From a bacterium (GTDB lineage: Bacteria > Patescibacteriota > Microgenomatia > Levybacterales > UBA12049), in the NCBI GenBank assembly GCA_021813145.1, contig JAKALS010000002.1:149862-213861 (forward strand): DNA of 64,000 bases. The letters run 5' to 3'. The first letter of the stretch is position 1. Each line of letters starts with the position of its first letter. The notes under the pieces are model-generated. The model searched no databases, was not told where the DNA came from, and saw nothing but the letters and a program-made list of their open reading frames with translations. Positions 20,927 through 30,690 of the stretch are shown here, piece after piece. The position numbers and the translations under genes are program-made.

Positions 20927-21867
20927 GCAGTAGAAACTATTGTCTCTAAATCCGAGTATTTTGGAGAAAAATCCAATTCAGACTTAATTTTTGAAGGATC
21001 GGCAATTAATTCGTCTGCATCTCCCGGACGGCGTTGTGCAAATTTAATATTTACCTTCTCGCCCGAAACTTTTTCCACCATTTCCACCACTTCTTTATTC
21101 GAATATCCGTTTCCTGTTCCGACGTTATAAATATAATTTCCGGGTTTTTCATTAAGCCTTTTTATTGCCAAAAGATGTGCCTTGGCAAGGTCCAATACAT
21201 GGATATAATCCCGAACGCACGTCCCGTCCTTTGTTTTGTAATCATTCCCAAAAAGATTGAATTCCCGCTTTTCTAAAAGCGCTTTAATAATATTTGGAAT
21301 TATATGGCTTTCCGGTTTATGTTCTTCTCCCCTTTTTCCGTCCAAAGAAGCTCCAGCCGCATTAAAATAGCGAAGGGCTACAGTATGAAGGTTTTTTGTA
21401 ATTCCGTACCATTTCATTATTTTTTCTACCATTAGTTTACTCTCTCCGTACGGATTTTCAGGATTTGTTGGGTGATCTTCGGGAATCGGCAGCTTTACGG
21501 GGTTTCCGTAGACTCCCGCCGAGGAAGAAAATATAAAATTATCGTTTCCTGTTTTTGACATTTCTTCAAGAATTTTAAGGGAAGCAAAAACATTATTGTT
21601 AAAATAAAGCACGGGGTTTTCCATGGATTCGCCCATGGATATAAAACCGGCAAAGTGGATTACGGCATCAAATTTGTCTTTAAAAATCGATTGGACAAAT
21701 GAATCCTCCAAAAGGTTTCCCTGTAAAAACTTCGCCCTCGGGTCTACGGTTTCACGGTGGCCTCTTTCCAGACTGTCGGCAATAATAACCTCATTCCCTT
21801 CATCAAGAAGGGTTTGGGCCATAAATCCACCTATGTATCCTGCACCCCCTGTTACCAAAATTTTCAT
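20905..21867 (-). CDS. galE: UDP-glucose 4-epimerase
   Basis: 320 aa; 'MKILVTGGAGYIGGF...', 'SSSAGVYG', 'YGESK', 'RYFNAAGA' Rossmann/SDR-extended motifs of GalE. Confidence 0.85.
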   Translation of the reverse strand: MKILVTGGAGYIGGFMAQTLLDEGNEVIIADSLERGHRETVDPRAKFLQGNLLEDSFVQSIFKDKFDAVIHFAGFISMGESMENPVLYFNNNVFASLKILEEMSKTGNDNFIFSSSAGVYGNPVKLPIPEDHPTNPENPYGESKLMVEKIMKWYGITKNLHTVALRYFNAAGASLDGKRGEEHKPESHIIPNIIKALLEKREFNLFGNDYKTKDGTCVRDYIHVLDLAKAHLLAIKRLNEKPGNYIYNVGTGNGYSNKEVVEMVEKVSGEKVNIKFAQRRPGDADELIADPSKIKSELDFSPKYSDLETIVSTAWKWHSK

Positions 21868-21885
21868 AGTTTTCTAATTAAAAAA

Positions 21886-22662
21886 TTAAAGTCCGAAGGA
21901 CTTAACGTACGATACCGGAAATCTTAATGCCGAAAAGAATGAAAATACAAATCCTTGCCATCCGTCTACAAAACCCTTATGTCTTAAAAATGTCGTAAAA
22001 AGCCAATGCGTGGGTTTAATAAATAGATATCCTACCGCATAAAATAATTTTTGAAAAATATTTTTACCTTTTTGCTCTTCTTTGATCTGCCCTGCAAAAA
22101 GAATGTTGTATCTATTCCATTTATTAAGATAATGGGAAAAATTTTTGTAGGGATAATGTAAAAGTGCTGACTTTAAATAGCCTACCTTTCCATCGACCTG
22201 TGCCTGCTCGTGAACATCTTTTTGGGGAAGACGCCCTTTTCCGTTTTTATAAAGCCTTAAAGTGTAATCTGGGTATTGTCCGCCCTTCATTAAAAATCTT
22301 CCCAAAAACCAGTTTTTTCTTGGCATCCAATATCCATTGTACTGACCAGAGCCGTCTTCGAGGATCTTAAGGATTTCCTCCTTCATCTCAGGGCTAACCT
22401 GCTCGTCTCCGTCTAATTGAAGTATCCAATCTTTTGTTGCCATATCTATTGCCATTTGCTTGTTTATGTGGAAGTTGGGTTTATTCGTGGTAATTTTTAT
22501 TTTTGCCCCGTATTTTTTTGCTATTTCTACGGTTTTGTCCGTCGATGTTCCATCTACTATTACTATTTCGTCTGCAAGTCCCCTTACGCTGTCAAGACAG
22601 GCGGAAAGATTAGCCTCTTCGTTATATGTTGCAAGAACCACCGAAAGGGTTTTACGAGCCAT
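21886..22662 (-). CDS. GT2 glycosyltransferase, WaaE/KdtX-like
   Basis: 258 aa; 'LSVVLATYNEEANLSACLDSVRGLADEIVIVDGTSTDKTVEIAKKYGAKI...QLDGDE'; paralog of 42551..43306 and 45479..46390. Confidence 0.75.
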   Translation of the reverse strand: MARKTLSVVLATYNEEANLSACLDSVRGLADEIVIVDGTSTDKTVEIAKKYGAKIKITTNKPNFHINKQMAIDMATKDWILQLDGDEQVSPEMKEEILKILEDGSGQYNGYWMPRKNWFLGRFLMKGGQYPDYTLRLYKNGKGRLPQKDVHEQAQVDGKVGYLKSALLHYPYKNFSHYLNKWNRYNILFAGQIKEEQKGKNIFQKLFYAVGYLFIKPTHWLFTTFLRHKGFVDGWQGFVFSFFSALRFPVSYVKSFGL

Positions 22663-22686
22663 ACAGAGATTATAATAACAATAAAA

Positions 22687-24336
22687 TCACCTTTTTACAA
22701 ACCTGAAAGCGGCAAATCCCAAGAGAAAAATAAGGCTTACCGCGGAAATAATATCGGATATAAATCTTAACCTTGTTTCCCCATACTTTGCTTGGACTAT
22801 ATAGTTTCCGGGGGAAAGGTGAAAAGTCATTATTCCCCTGTATTGCATATTCTGAAATTGGATGTTAACAGGTACCCCGTTTGCTGTTATTGTCCAGCCG
22901 GGAAAGTATAAAGTGTTCTCGGCAAAATACGTATTTTTGGTAACCGTTACTTCGTAAACGTGTTCAACGGCAAGTCTTTTTACTTCTTTTACCGTTGCCT
23001 TACCGTCCAATACCTGCAAATGGTTTTTGGGTCTATGCTCCATAAATCTTACCGACCAGACAGGAGAACTTTCTCCTGTATCGGTAGTGCCGTTATATAT
23101 CCCGGTATAAAAACTCTCGGGCTTGATAAGATAACCTTTTGGCGCAAAATAATCCCTGCTTACAAAAACGACGATTAAAATAAAAATTAATGAAAGATAA
23201 AATATATATTTTTTGGGAAACTCGTCCATCAGGAATGCACCCAAAACGGCTGTTGAAAATACCGTAATAGCCAAAAATCTCCATGGGAATTGGAAATTCT
23301 GTAAAATCATCATCTTTGCCCACAAAAAATTTGAGACTTGAAGCATTATAAAAATTGCACCCAACGTATAGATAATCAATGACAAAACAAGAAGCCAGTT
23401 TTTATTTTTTAGCTTAATGGATTTCCAGATAAGATAAGGTGAAAAAATCAGCGCAAGCCACTGGAAAATTCCAAGCTGGAGAGTAAACTGATCATAATCC
23501 CAGGGACCGTAAATAAGTCCAGATAAAGTTGCGAATCTTCCAATATATATGTTTTTTGTAACGATATTTCGCAAAGTATATTTTCCTTCCAAAAGGCCGG
23601 GAACCCAGAAGAATGCCGAAACAGTAAAGCCTCCAATGATTAATAATAAAAGATTAATGATTAATTGCTTACGTTCTTTGGAAAGATATACCATATATAT
23701 CGAGTAGAAGAGTATAAAAGGAACGTAAATTAAAGCAATTGCATTATGTGCAAGAATTAAAAAAGCCAAAGACAAAGAGCCCCCTGCCAAATATTTATAA
23801 TCCGCCTTTTTATACAATTTATAAATGAAGAAAAGGGCAAGAGGCATAAATGCAAAAGCAAGGTTTTCCCCTATATCTCCCCTTACATATAAATCTATAA
23901 ATCTGTAAGGGGCGTATGTATATAAAAATGCCCCGAATAACGAAGCATATTTTGAAGAAAACTGCGAAAGCCATAAATACATCAAAATAAAAGAAAAAAC
24001 CATTCCTAAGCCGAATACTATTTTTGTACTATCTACGAAAGAAAAACCTACAAAATGGAAAAAAGAAGCTATATATGAAGGCAACGGATAAAGAAACTCA
24101 AGTACAGGATGTCCGTATCCCCAATTAAGGTTTGGCCCCCACCGTGGAATTATATTTCCCTGCGTAAGATTGATATAAAAATTTGCGATTCTTACAACAT
24201 GGTCCTGACCGTCATCCGTCCAGGGAAGCCCCGGATGCAACAACGAAATAACCGGCAGAATTAATAAAACGATAAATACTGCCCAAAATAAATACTTCAT
24301 TTTCATTTTATTTAGCCCCTGGAGCATAAACATCAA
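22687..24336 (-). CDS. polytopic membrane protein, GT-C-like paralog family B ('hDD..H' loop family)
   Basis: 549 aa; N-terminal loop 'LLHPGLPWTDDGQDHVVRIANFYINLTQGNIIPRWGPNLNWGYGHPVLEFLYPLPSY' is shared with the 48537..50279 and 50276..51799 products. Confidence 0.5.
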   Translation of the reverse strand: MMFMLQGLNKMKMKYLFWAVFIVLLILPVISLLHPGLPWTDDGQDHVVRIANFYINLTQGNIIPRWGPNLNWGYGHPVLEFLYPLPSYIASFFHFVGFSFVDSTKIVFGLGMVFSFILMYLWLSQFSSKYASLFGAFLYTYAPYRFIDLYVRGDIGENLAFAFMPLALFFIYKLYKKADYKYLAGGSLSLAFLILAHNAIALIYVPFILFYSIYMVYLSKERKQLIINLLLLIIGGFTVSAFFWVPGLLEGKYTLRNIVTKNIYIGRFATLSGLIYGPWDYDQFTLQLGIFQWLALIFSPYLIWKSIKLKNKNWLLVLSLIIYTLGAIFIMLQVSNFLWAKMMILQNFQFPWRFLAITVFSTAVLGAFLMDEFPKKYIFYLSLIFILIVVFVSRDYFAPKGYLIKPESFYTGIYNGTTDTGESSPVWSVRFMEHRPKNHLQVLDGKATVKEVKRLAVEHVYEVTVTKNTYFAENTLYFPGWTITANGVPVNIQFQNMQYRGIMTFHLSPGNYIVQAKYGETRLRFISDIISAVSLIFLLGFAAFRFVKR

Positions 24337-25672
24337 CTCCCTTCAATGACCACATATAATACCAATATATATAAGATTCGGGTACACCCACCTGAAACTG
24401 TATTCTTCTTCCCTGTTCTACTGCCAGCATGGCTGTTTTTTCTCTCTTTGCAAAATTTCCTTCGTCTTTATAAGGTAAATATGTTGTAACTCCAATGTAG
24501 CAATAAACAATAAGAGTAATAACAACCAAACCTTTTGCAAAAAGATATTTAAAATTCCACACTCTGAAAATAAAATAAGAAAGGATAATCAGGACAATAA
24601 ACCTATTGATTATAAAATAATAATCGCTTATTTCTCCGCTGTAAGTAGTAAATATTATCCAGGGAACCATAAACCAAAGAAAAACAAGATAAAGAAATTT
24701 TTTACTCTCGGAGTTAAAAGATTTATAAAGATAAACCACGAAAAAGAAAGGCAATAATATTAATTTAAAGGAGGAAATCCTGTCATTTAAAAGGTAAGGG
24801 TTAAACTGAATAAGGGCATCCCCCATTATCTGTCTCATCCTTACAAGGTGAAACCCATGGAAGTAGGTAGAAAAATACGATGTCGCCGTAGAGTTTGCAG
24901 TCATATTTGTAACCGAATAAATTATATTCGGTATCAGCCAAATTATAAAAAACGGCAATCCAAAAACAATATATTTAAGGGTTTCTTTTGTTCTGGGAAA
25001 AAGAGGTAAGGAAAGAATAATAATTATTGGAAAAAATATTGCAGTAAAATGTAAATTAAAAGCAATTCCTACCATAATTGCCAAGGGAATTATTTTTTTT
25101 ACCTCCCCCAACAACACCTTATACAATAAATAAAAAATAATAAGAGATACTGCAGGAAGGATCTGAACCGGCCATTGTATTCCGTCAAAGACAATTGTAT
25201 GAAAATTAAATGTATTAATAGCAACCGCTATTATTGCCATCTCGGTAGAAAAAAGCTTCTTAACAACATAATACAAAGTGAAAAAAGTGAATAAGGCACT
25301 TACTATTGAAATAACCTGAGATGCTGCTGGGTTAAGATTAAACAGCCAATAAAAAAGCGAAATAAAATAATAATAAGCGGGGCCTATATATACTCCGCTG
25401 TTTTCCTTGGCTACCATTCCAACAAGAGGAAACCAATGGTTAAAAACTATATTTTTTGCAGCCCATGCATTGTCTACCTGGTCATATCCGAATGGAAATT
25501 TGATATTTATCTGATATGTTCTTAAAAAAAGTTCAAAAGCAAAAATTAATAGTAATATCCAAAAAGAAGGCTTCTTTAACAAAGGCTTAAACCTTAGAAC
25601 TTTTGATATAAGAACTTTTTGAATTTCTAATCTTTGATTTTTTGATTTCTTGATTTTTTTATTCTTTTCCAT
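24308..25672 (-). CDS. polytopic membrane protein, GT-C-like paralog family D
   Basis: 454 aa; 'FPFGYDQVDNAWAAKNIV...GPAYYYFISLFYW' parallels 'FAFTYDVGRDMLALWNIV...GPWWYYLLTPFF' in the next gene. Confidence 0.45.
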   Translation of the reverse strand: MEKNKKIKKSKNQRLEIQKVLISKVLRFKPLLKKPSFWILLLIFAFELFLRTYQINIKFPFGYDQVDNAWAAKNIVFNHWFPLVGMVAKENSGVYIGPAYYYFISLFYWLFNLNPAASQVISIVSALFTFFTLYYVVKKLFSTEMAIIAVAINTFNFHTIVFDGIQWPVQILPAVSLIIFYLLYKVLLGEVKKIIPLAIMVGIAFNLHFTAIFFPIIIILSLPLFPRTKETLKYIVFGLPFFIIWLIPNIIYSVTNMTANSTATSYFSTYFHGFHLVRMRQIMGDALIQFNPYLLNDRISSFKLILLPFFFVVYLYKSFNSESKKFLYLVFLWFMVPWIIFTTYSGEISDYYFIINRFIVLIILSYFIFRVWNFKYLFAKGLVVITLIVYCYIGVTTYLPYKDEGNFAKREKTAMLAVEQGRRIQFQVGVPESYIYWYYMWSLKGVDVYAPGAK

Positions 25673-25745
25673 AATCTATATTAAACAGTTAACGGATTAA
25701 CTCACTAACAAATTCATTAATATTTTAATACTTTAACCAGTAATC

Positions 25746-27239
25746 TTAATGAACTCTTGTCTGTACCGTTATTCCGCTAGGCAAGGTAATACTTTTTATA
25801 ATTTTACCGTCTCCAGCCCTCTGTTTCAGCCAATCCGTTAACCTTGAGGGATTCTGGTAATCAGGCTCCAAAATAAAATAAGCAAGATTTGACTGAACCG
25901 AGGGAGAATAATGATATTTTTGCGGACCATACCATAAATAAAGATATTGGTAAGTGTAATCATAAACAGGAGGAGTATAGACTACATATTTAAAATTCTT
26001 TCCGTTTGCCTGTCTGTATGTATAATCAATTACCGCCAGTTGATTCCTGTAAACAGACGCATCCCCTATCCACAATGGTCCTGTAACCGTTTTATATAAA
26101 ACAATAGGGTTAAGATTTATAAAAAAAATTACAATTGCTACTGCGGTGGGAATAAGTAAAGAAGTCTTTTTACCAAGAAGATAAAGGGAAATTGCAAAAA
26201 GCAAAACGTAAAATACGGGAACTCCTACAAGGTAATGCGGCCAGATATCATGACTGAAAAATATAGTTCCTGCTATAAACACAAAAATTACAATTAGGGA
26301 TGTGTTAATAAAATTTTTAATCGTTTTATCCGATTTTTTATAAAAAAGAACTAGACAAATAACAGTAAATAATAAACAAAGAGCTCCCAAGGCTAGATTA
26401 CCTCCCGCAAGGGTTGAATTAAACTGATCGAATAAAATTCCCAATCTGTTGAAAAACTCAAAGATCGAAAGAGAAGTTCCGGACGAAGAAGTATGGGAGA
26501 AAAAGCCGATAAATGCCTTTGTCATTAAAAACTGGTGCCTTAATTCAAAAAGAATTCGCGGAGCAAAAATTATTAACGCCCCTATAATAAAAAACAAAAT
26601 ATTTTTTAACAAGATTTTTCTCTTCATAGTAAAAATGACCGACAGCACAATTCCCGCAGAAAATAAAAGGCCAAAAACAATTTCGAGATCTATATTAAAA
26701 GCCAGAAGGATTCCTAAAAGGAAATAATAAAGTTGACTGTTCCTTTTTTCTCCTTTATAAATCTTAAAAAGTACTAAAAGAACAAAAATAACAAAAAGAG
26801 GAGCAATATTAGGATTCCAAATTTGCGAAGAAAGAGAGATAAGGTTTGGCGAAATGCTTATTAATGCTGCCATAATTAAGCCCAACAATTCTCCTCCAAG
26901 CCGTTTCCCAAAATAATATCCCAAGATAATTGAGGCAATTCCAATCAAAGCCATCAGAAATGCGATGCCTTGCGGATTTCCGGAAAAAATAATGAAAAAC
27001 GGGGTAAGTAAGTAGTACCACCATGGTCCGTAAAAAATTCCGGGAAGTCCCGTAGTTGCGCCTATTAATGGAAGCTTATGCAAATGGACTATATTCCAAA
27101 GGGCAAGCATGTCTCTTCCCACATCATAGGTAAAGGCAAATGAATTGGTGTAAACTCCCCAAAGACGCAAAAAAGCTCCGACAATAATTACCAGATACAA
27201 CAAAATTAACTCTTTTTTAAGAAACTTCTTAAAATCCAT
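25746..27239 (-). CDS. polytopic membrane protein, GT-C-like paralog family D (ArnT/GT39-like)
   Basis: 497 aa; acidic loop-1 motif YDVGRD, more than 10 TM helices. Confidence 0.45.
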   Translation of the reverse strand: MDFKKFLKKELILLYLVIIVGAFLRLWGVYTNSFAFTYDVGRDMLALWNIVHLHKLPLIGATTGLPGIFYGPWWYYLLTPFFIIFSGNPQGIAFLMALIGIASIILGYYFGKRLGGELLGLIMAALISISPNLISLSSQIWNPNIAPLFVIFVLLVLFKIYKGEKRNSQLYYFLLGILLAFNIDLEIVFGLLFSAGIVLSVIFTMKRKILLKNILFFIIGALIIFAPRILFELRHQFLMTKAFIGFFSHTSSSGTSLSIFEFFNRLGILFDQFNSTLAGGNLALGALCLLFTVICLVLFYKKSDKTIKNFINTSLIVIFVFIAGTIFFSHDIWPHYLVGVPVFYVLLFAISLYLLGKKTSLLIPTAVAIVIFFINLNPIVLYKTVTGPLWIGDASVYRNQLAVIDYTYRQANGKNFKYVVYTPPVYDYTYQYLYLWYGPQKYHYSPSVQSNLAYFILEPDYQNPSRLTDWLKQRAGDGKIIKSITLPSGITVQTRVH

Positions 27240-27247
27240 AAATTAGT

Positions 27248-28987
27248 TCAAGTTCCTGCTATTCTTATTGCTGGTGTTCCGTTTAGGTTATAAATTGTTT
27301 TAGAAGCCGCGCTTTGGGGAATCTCCTGCGGAGTACCGATAAAGAGTATTCCTTTTTGTTTAGACTCTTGCGCCCAATTTATGGGTTTAAATACGTATTT
27401 ACCGAAACTGTGATGGGATGCAAAACCTCCCGAGCTTGTCTCTCCCACCTTTTGATAAAGGGCGGGCGGATATTTTAGATAGAACAGGAAGAACATATAG
27501 GATTTATCCATGGGCTGGTTGTCTGATACTCTTATTTCCTTATAATTGTTGCCTACAAGTTTTGCCTCTTCAACAGCCTGCTGGTAACCGTACTGCCAAT
27601 CCTGAGAAGTATAGTAATTAAGCTGAACAAAATACTGGTCAAGATAATAAATAAAATTAAGAGTGGCAAGTAGTATGAATAAAGTATAAAGCACCGGCTT
27701 AAAGTAAGCTAAATATTTAATACCTGATACTTTATACTGTTTAATCAGCAGGTACCCGCTGATTAAACCCAGGGCCGAAAGGATTTGCCAGGTGGGAAGA
27801 AAATTAAGGGTTCTTACCGCGTGAGGAACTCCGCTTGTAATAGAAGCCGGGACAGGCGCTAATAACATCCAGCCAAAAACCGTAAGCTTCGTCTTTCTGT
27901 CAAAAGGTCCGAATAGAAGCATGTAAATACCAAGAAGTATTAAAGGAAGCTCAAACAGATATATTAATCCCATATTTGGGGCATGGTGCCTTGATATATC
28001 GCCCGTAACAAAAAGCCAGTTGGGGTCAAAATGGACAATGTACCCCGAAATAATAGCTTTTGCGTACGTGATCCTTCTGTTATCTACTATTAATCCCAAG
28101 ATGTCGTGATTTGCTATGTCCCTTTGCAGTTTAGGTATGTCGTTGGAAAGAAGAACCGTCTGATGGGAAAATACGCTTGTCCCCGTAACCCTTAAAAGGG
28201 CCGCTCTATTTGTTAATATGAATACCACCATGGGAGTTACAACAATAAGCCCGAATATTACAACCGAAACTATATATTTTTTAGGAATCGAAAATAGTTG
28301 TTTACGGTATATAAGAGCAAGCGCCAAAACAAGAAGAGGTGTAAAAACTTTTTCGCTCTGGTAAACATAAATATCAAGGCCCGCAAAGAAAGCCGAAAGG
28401 AATAACATCCAACGGTTTTTTAAGCCCTTGATAAAAAACAAAGCCGTAAAAATATTAAAGGCATCCCCCGTATTTGCCTCAAATCCTACTCTTGAAAATT
28501 GTATAGACCAGGGAGAAATCGCCATGAACCCTGCCGAAAGCAAAGCTAATAGGTCGATATTTAGGACTTTGTATTTGGTGAATAGGGTTCCTTTTTCCTC
28601 TTCCTCTCCGGCTTTAAGTCCTACTTTTTCAGTCTTGCTTACCGAAAAGAGTTCTTTAACCAGGAAATACGTGGCTAAAACCGCAAGTGTTCCGAATATT
28701 GCAGACGGAAGACGGACGGCAAAAACATTAAGACCGAATATAAAAACCGTAGGTATTGCAAGATAAGCATAGAGGGCAGGTTTATAATCGTCAAAAGACC
28801 TAAGAACTACAGGCAAGAATTTCCCGAATTCGTCTCTTCCGGTGTGGATTATGGAATAGGCATCATACCCCAAGGCAACTTCATCCCAATCGGGAGAGGG
28901 AGGAACGTGTCCCAGCATCCAAAGCCTAAGGACTGCAGCCAAAATGACAATTCCCGCTAATATTAACCAAACAAGTTTCCTATTCAT
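27248..28987 (-). CDS. PMT_2/GT39-like phospholipid-carrier-dependent glycosyltransferase (tandem paralog 1 of 3)
   Basis: 579 aa; 'PSPDWDEVALGYDAYSIIHTGRDEFGKFLPV' loop-1 with the D-E motif; multi-TM. Confidence 0.6.
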   Translation of the reverse strand: MNRKLVWLILAGIVILAAVLRLWMLGHVPPSPDWDEVALGYDAYSIIHTGRDEFGKFLPVVLRSFDDYKPALYAYLAIPTVFIFGLNVFAVRLPSAIFGTLAVLATYFLVKELFSVSKTEKVGLKAGEEEEKGTLFTKYKVLNIDLLALLSAGFMAISPWSIQFSRVGFEANTGDAFNIFTALFFIKGLKNRWMLFLSAFFAGLDIYVYQSEKVFTPLLVLALALIYRKQLFSIPKKYIVSVVIFGLIVVTPMVVFILTNRAALLRVTGTSVFSHQTVLLSNDIPKLQRDIANHDILGLIVDNRRITYAKAIISGYIVHFDPNWLFVTGDISRHHAPNMGLIYLFELPLILLGIYMLLFGPFDRKTKLTVFGWMLLAPVPASITSGVPHAVRTLNFLPTWQILSALGLISGYLLIKQYKVSGIKYLAYFKPVLYTLFILLATLNFIYYLDQYFVQLNYYTSQDWQYGYQQAVEEAKLVGNNYKEIRVSDNQPMDKSYMFFLFYLKYPPALYQKVGETSSGGFASHHSFGKYVFKPINWAQESKQKGILFIGTPQEIPQSAASKTIYNLNGTPAIRIAGT

Positions 28988-28992
28988 AACCT

Positions 28993-30690
28993 CTATATGG
29001 TATACGCTACCAGCGCCGGCTGGCCGTCAAGCAAATAAAATGTTTTTTGAATTTTGATATTTTTCGGCAAATTATAAGGCGTATTTATATATAAGACTTT
29101 CTTTGTTTTGCTTAAATTATAGTTATAATTCTCCGGAAAAAGGTATTTGCCAAAACCCAGGATTGTTACAAATCCGAATGCATCTCTATGGATTATTGCG
29201 GTTTTTCTATAAACCTCGGGATTTGTTTTTGTATAAAAAAGATAATATATATAAGGTCTTCCCAAAGCATGCGTCATCTGTATGTAATCGTATTTGTTTT
29301 GCACCGACATTACATAATCTATAGATTGCTTATAGCCGTACTGCCATTCTCCGGAATATTCATAAGGATATTGATAAAAATATTCATGATAAAAGTAAAC
29401 AAAGTTCATAAAAAGTAAAACAAATAATACAACCGGTAAAAGAATTCCCATATTAAAGCTATATATTTTAAGTTTTAGGTCTTGCCTTTTTGTCCAGTCC
29501 AAAAAGGCAGCAAACCCGTAAGCCGTAAAAATCTGGAATGTTGGAAGAGTTGCCTCTATTCTTAGCGCATGAGGTGTCTGCTGTGCTGTTGCAGCGGGAA
29601 TTATTCCTACTAAAAGCCACAAGGGAACAAGCCACCAATTTCCCTCTTTTTTCCTTAACAAAAGAAGAATTCCCCCCACAAAAAATACGATATCCCAGAT
29701 ATACATCTGTCCGGTACTTTGAGTGGAAAACTTAGGATTACCGTCGCCTTTTATAAACAAGAACGAAGGGCTCAGGTTATCGAAATAATGCTGGGCAAAA
29801 TCCACAGAATATAAAAGCCTTCTGTTATGGATTATCTTTGACCAAAAAGCATTATTATCGTTAGCGATTTCCTGATTTGCAGTTTTGACTACATTTATGT
29901 CGCTGAATATATTTACTTCTTGAAACCTTAGTCCCGCTTGCGGAGTTAGCAAAAATCTGAATGTCGGAAGAAAGATAATAATTCCAACAACGGCCGATAT
30001 TATAGCCACTTTTTTCATCTTCCATAGTTTTTTCCAAAATGCCAGAGCCAGCAAAATTACCAAAAGCGGGGATACTATCCTTTCGGTATTAAAGGTATAC
30101 ATGGTAAGGGTAAAAGAAATAGCGGAAACAACAAGAAGCCACCTCTCGTAGCTTCTACGTCCGCTCAACTCTGCAGCTTGAACGGACGCAAGAAATGCCC
30201 ACACTCCCAATACAACAAAAAATGAAGCGACATTTGCTTCAAAAGCCGCACGCGAAAGCATAATGTGCCAGGGGGAAATAGCTAAAAATAAAGCAGCCAA
30301 AATACCTATAACATTTCTATTTTTTGAGGTATTAAATATTCTTCGGACAAGAAAGAAGGTAAGAAGGACCGTAAGGGTTCCGAAGAATGCCGAAGGGAAT
30401 CTTGTCGCGGTTTCGTTTAAACCTAAAATCTTAACGGGCAAAACATCAAGATATGCATACAAAGGAGGTTTAAAATCCCCGAAAGACTCCAGATAATCGT
30501 GAGGTAAAAATCTTCCGAATTCGTCTTTGCCGTTTACTCCCAAAGAATATGCATTATATCCCCAGGCTGCTTCGTCCCATGTCAAAGAAGGAGGATTACT
30601 CCCCAATTGATAAAATCTTAAAAATGCTGCGAGTAAAACTATCAGGAGCAATAATAGTTTCCAGTTAAATAATTTACGTACTACTAACAT
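28993..30690 (-). CDS. PMT_2/GT39-like glycosyltransferase (tandem paralog 2 of 3)
   Basis: 565 aa; 'PPSLTWDEAAWGYNAYSLGVNGKDEFGRFLPH'. Confidence 0.6.
   Translation of the reverse strand: MLVVRKLFNWKLLLLLIVLLAAFLRFYQLGSNPPSLTWDEAAWGYNAYSLGVNGKDEFGRFLPHDYLESFGDFKPPLYAYLDVLPVKILGLNETATRFPSAFFGTLTVLLTFFLVRRIFNTSKNRNVIGILAALFLAISPWHIMLSRAAFEANVASFFVVLGVWAFLASVQAAELSGRRSYERWLLVVSAISFTLTMYTFNTERIVSPLLVILLALAFWKKLWKMKKVAIISAVVGIIIFLPTFRFLLTPQAGLRFQEVNIFSDINVVKTANQEIANDNNAFWSKIIHNRRLLYSVDFAQHYFDNLSPSFLFIKGDGNPKFSTQSTGQMYIWDIVFFVGGILLLLRKKEGNWWLVPLWLLVGIIPAATAQQTPHALRIEATLPTFQIFTAYGFAAFLDWTKRQDLKLKIYSFNMGILLPVVLFVLLFMNFVYFYHEYFYQYPYEYSGEWQYGYKQSIDYVMSVQNKYDYIQMTHALGRPYIYYLFYTKTNPEVYRKTAIIHRDAFGFVTILGFGKYLFPENYNYNLSKTKKVLYINTPYNLPKNIKIQKTFYLLDGQPALVAYTI

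Noticed and set aside
25560-25672. DNA-level repetition 'tttgatttt ttgatttc ttgatttt' at the 5' end of gene 24308..25672
   Set aside because: It encodes a Lys-rich N-terminal tail (KKIKKSKNQ); a short codon-level repeat, not a CRISPR or mobile repeat.
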